Of a stretch of 64,000 nt of DNA, positions 62,701 to 64,000 are shown piece by piece. Below the pieces are notes generated by a model, which was not told where the DNA came from, made no database searches, and saw only the letters and a program-made list of their open reading frames with translations. Each line of letters begins with the position of its first letter. The stretch's first letter is position 1. Source of the stretch: Azolla caroliniana. Lineage: Eukaryota; Plantae; Polypodiophyta. The DNA is taken from assembly GCA_043228905.1 (NCBI GenBank), contig JBHGNT010000001.1, positions 17,050,001 through 17,114,000 of the forward strand. The letters run 5' to 3'. The position numbers and the translations under genes were made by a program.

Positions 62701-64000
62701 ATCTGGTTTTGGATGTAGATGGCCGTTCGAACTGCCTTAGCCCTGTAGAATTTGGGCATGCTCTTCGCCTCCAAGATCGCCCTTGCTGCGTCGATAAGCG
62801 ACTGGTTCCTCCTTTTGGCCACACCGTTTTGCTCCAGTGTGTAGCTGCAGCTGAACTCTCTCCGAATTCCTTTTTGCTGTAGATAAGTGTTGAATTGACC
62901 GGAAAAAGATTCTTTTCCACCATCCGATAGTAGGCATTTGATCTTCCTCTCCATTTCCCGTTCAACCAGGCTTGGCAGGTTCTAGAAACACTCGAAGACT
63001 TTGCTCTTCCGCTCGATGAGGTAGATCCATGTGTGCAAGCTATAATCGTCAATGAAGGAGATGAAGTATCGACTCCCGCCAAGACTAACATCGAGATTGT
63101 TATGGCTCCGGTTTCATTCGGTGGGGAATGGAAGCGTCACCTACTTGGGCCTTCCAGCCACTAAACTTTGGCAAACTAAAAACAACTTGTTTCGTTTGCA
63201 AGGCTTGAAGCCTTCGGTAATTGACGTGGCCGATCCGCTTGTGCTAGAGATCAATATCCGATTCAATCTTCGGTCCTTTGGTGAGAAAAGCAATGCCTAC
63301 GTCATTGGTGTCGAGGATGAATATCCTCCCATCTCTACACCCTTGTGCAATAATTTGGCCCTCTTCCTCGATGAAGCACCCAAGGTGCGTAAACCACACC
63401 TGCATCCCTTGGTCAATGATCTGACCGACTGACACCAGGTTCTTCATGATAGTTGGAATGTGTAATACGTTCATTAGCTTCCCCCTCTGTCCGATGTGGC
63501 TCAAAGGGACTTCTCCGACATGCATGATTGGGTGAGGAGTGTCGTCTTCGGTTTCGACGACCCCCGGTTGTTTCGGTTTCTCCAAGAAAGAGAACCACTC
63601 TTTGTGGCTCGTCATGTGATTTGACACACCAGAATCAACGTACCACACTTCCTCCAATTTGGAAGTGGTCTTCTTCATTGAGTTAGCCTCATGTTTCATC
63701 ACAGAGGATGGTCATTTACCGGCTTTTCCGGTTTTGGATCTTCCCGATCCTTCTACGTACTGTGAGTATTGCCAGTTCTCTCTGTCGGCCTTGCCGGATC
63801 TAGATCTGTCCGAATCAGCGCACTTTTGCTAGCATTCGCTTTCTCTGTGGCCCTTTTTACCATAGTACCAACATTCCGTGTCGCCCTTTGCTTGCCAGTC
63901 TCCGGCGCTGCCTGGACTCCCCCTGCTTGTGAAGGGTCCAAAACTATTGTCGGCACGTTCTCTGTGCCTTCGTGTTGAAGACGAGGCCGTGTCGATGCGG
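59772..64000 (-). mobile_element. Ty1/Copia running off the right edge
   Basis: 3' LTR 59772-60184 homologous to 56308-56745, with PPT. RH, RT, IN, PR (WYVDSGVSNHMT) and a gag knuckle. Confidence 0.92.

Overview
Plant nuclear DNA, probably from a non-seed land plant such as a fern (inferred from the TE lineages present). One intact host gene, a 7-exon WS/DGAT (WSD1-like) acyltransferase at 23663-28627 (+), sits in an island of about 10 kb between two deep transposon nests. The left nest is an Athila-like Gypsy with an extra 3' ORF. It has been invaded by a sister element, which was in turn invaded by a tRNA-Trp-primed Gypsy, and it also carries a solo LTR and a Sola2-like DNA transposon. The right nest holds four Copia elements, a full-length RTEX-like LINE, a self-priming Tcn1-type chromovirus, a solo LTR and a six-layer stack at 56.7-64 kb. 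The most unusual object is a young 2.9-kb non-coding LTR element (43069-45976). It has a tRNA-Arg-type primer-binding site next to BOTH LTRs, on opposite strands with symmetric 5-nt spacers, and no polypurine tract abutting either LTR. Also notable are antisense tRNA-like modules in U3 of three different LTRs and a TGTCG...CGACA Gypsy lineage making 4-bp, CpG-centred TSDs. All coordinates and counts were done by eye. Family and tRNA assignments come from remembered motifs, not database searches.
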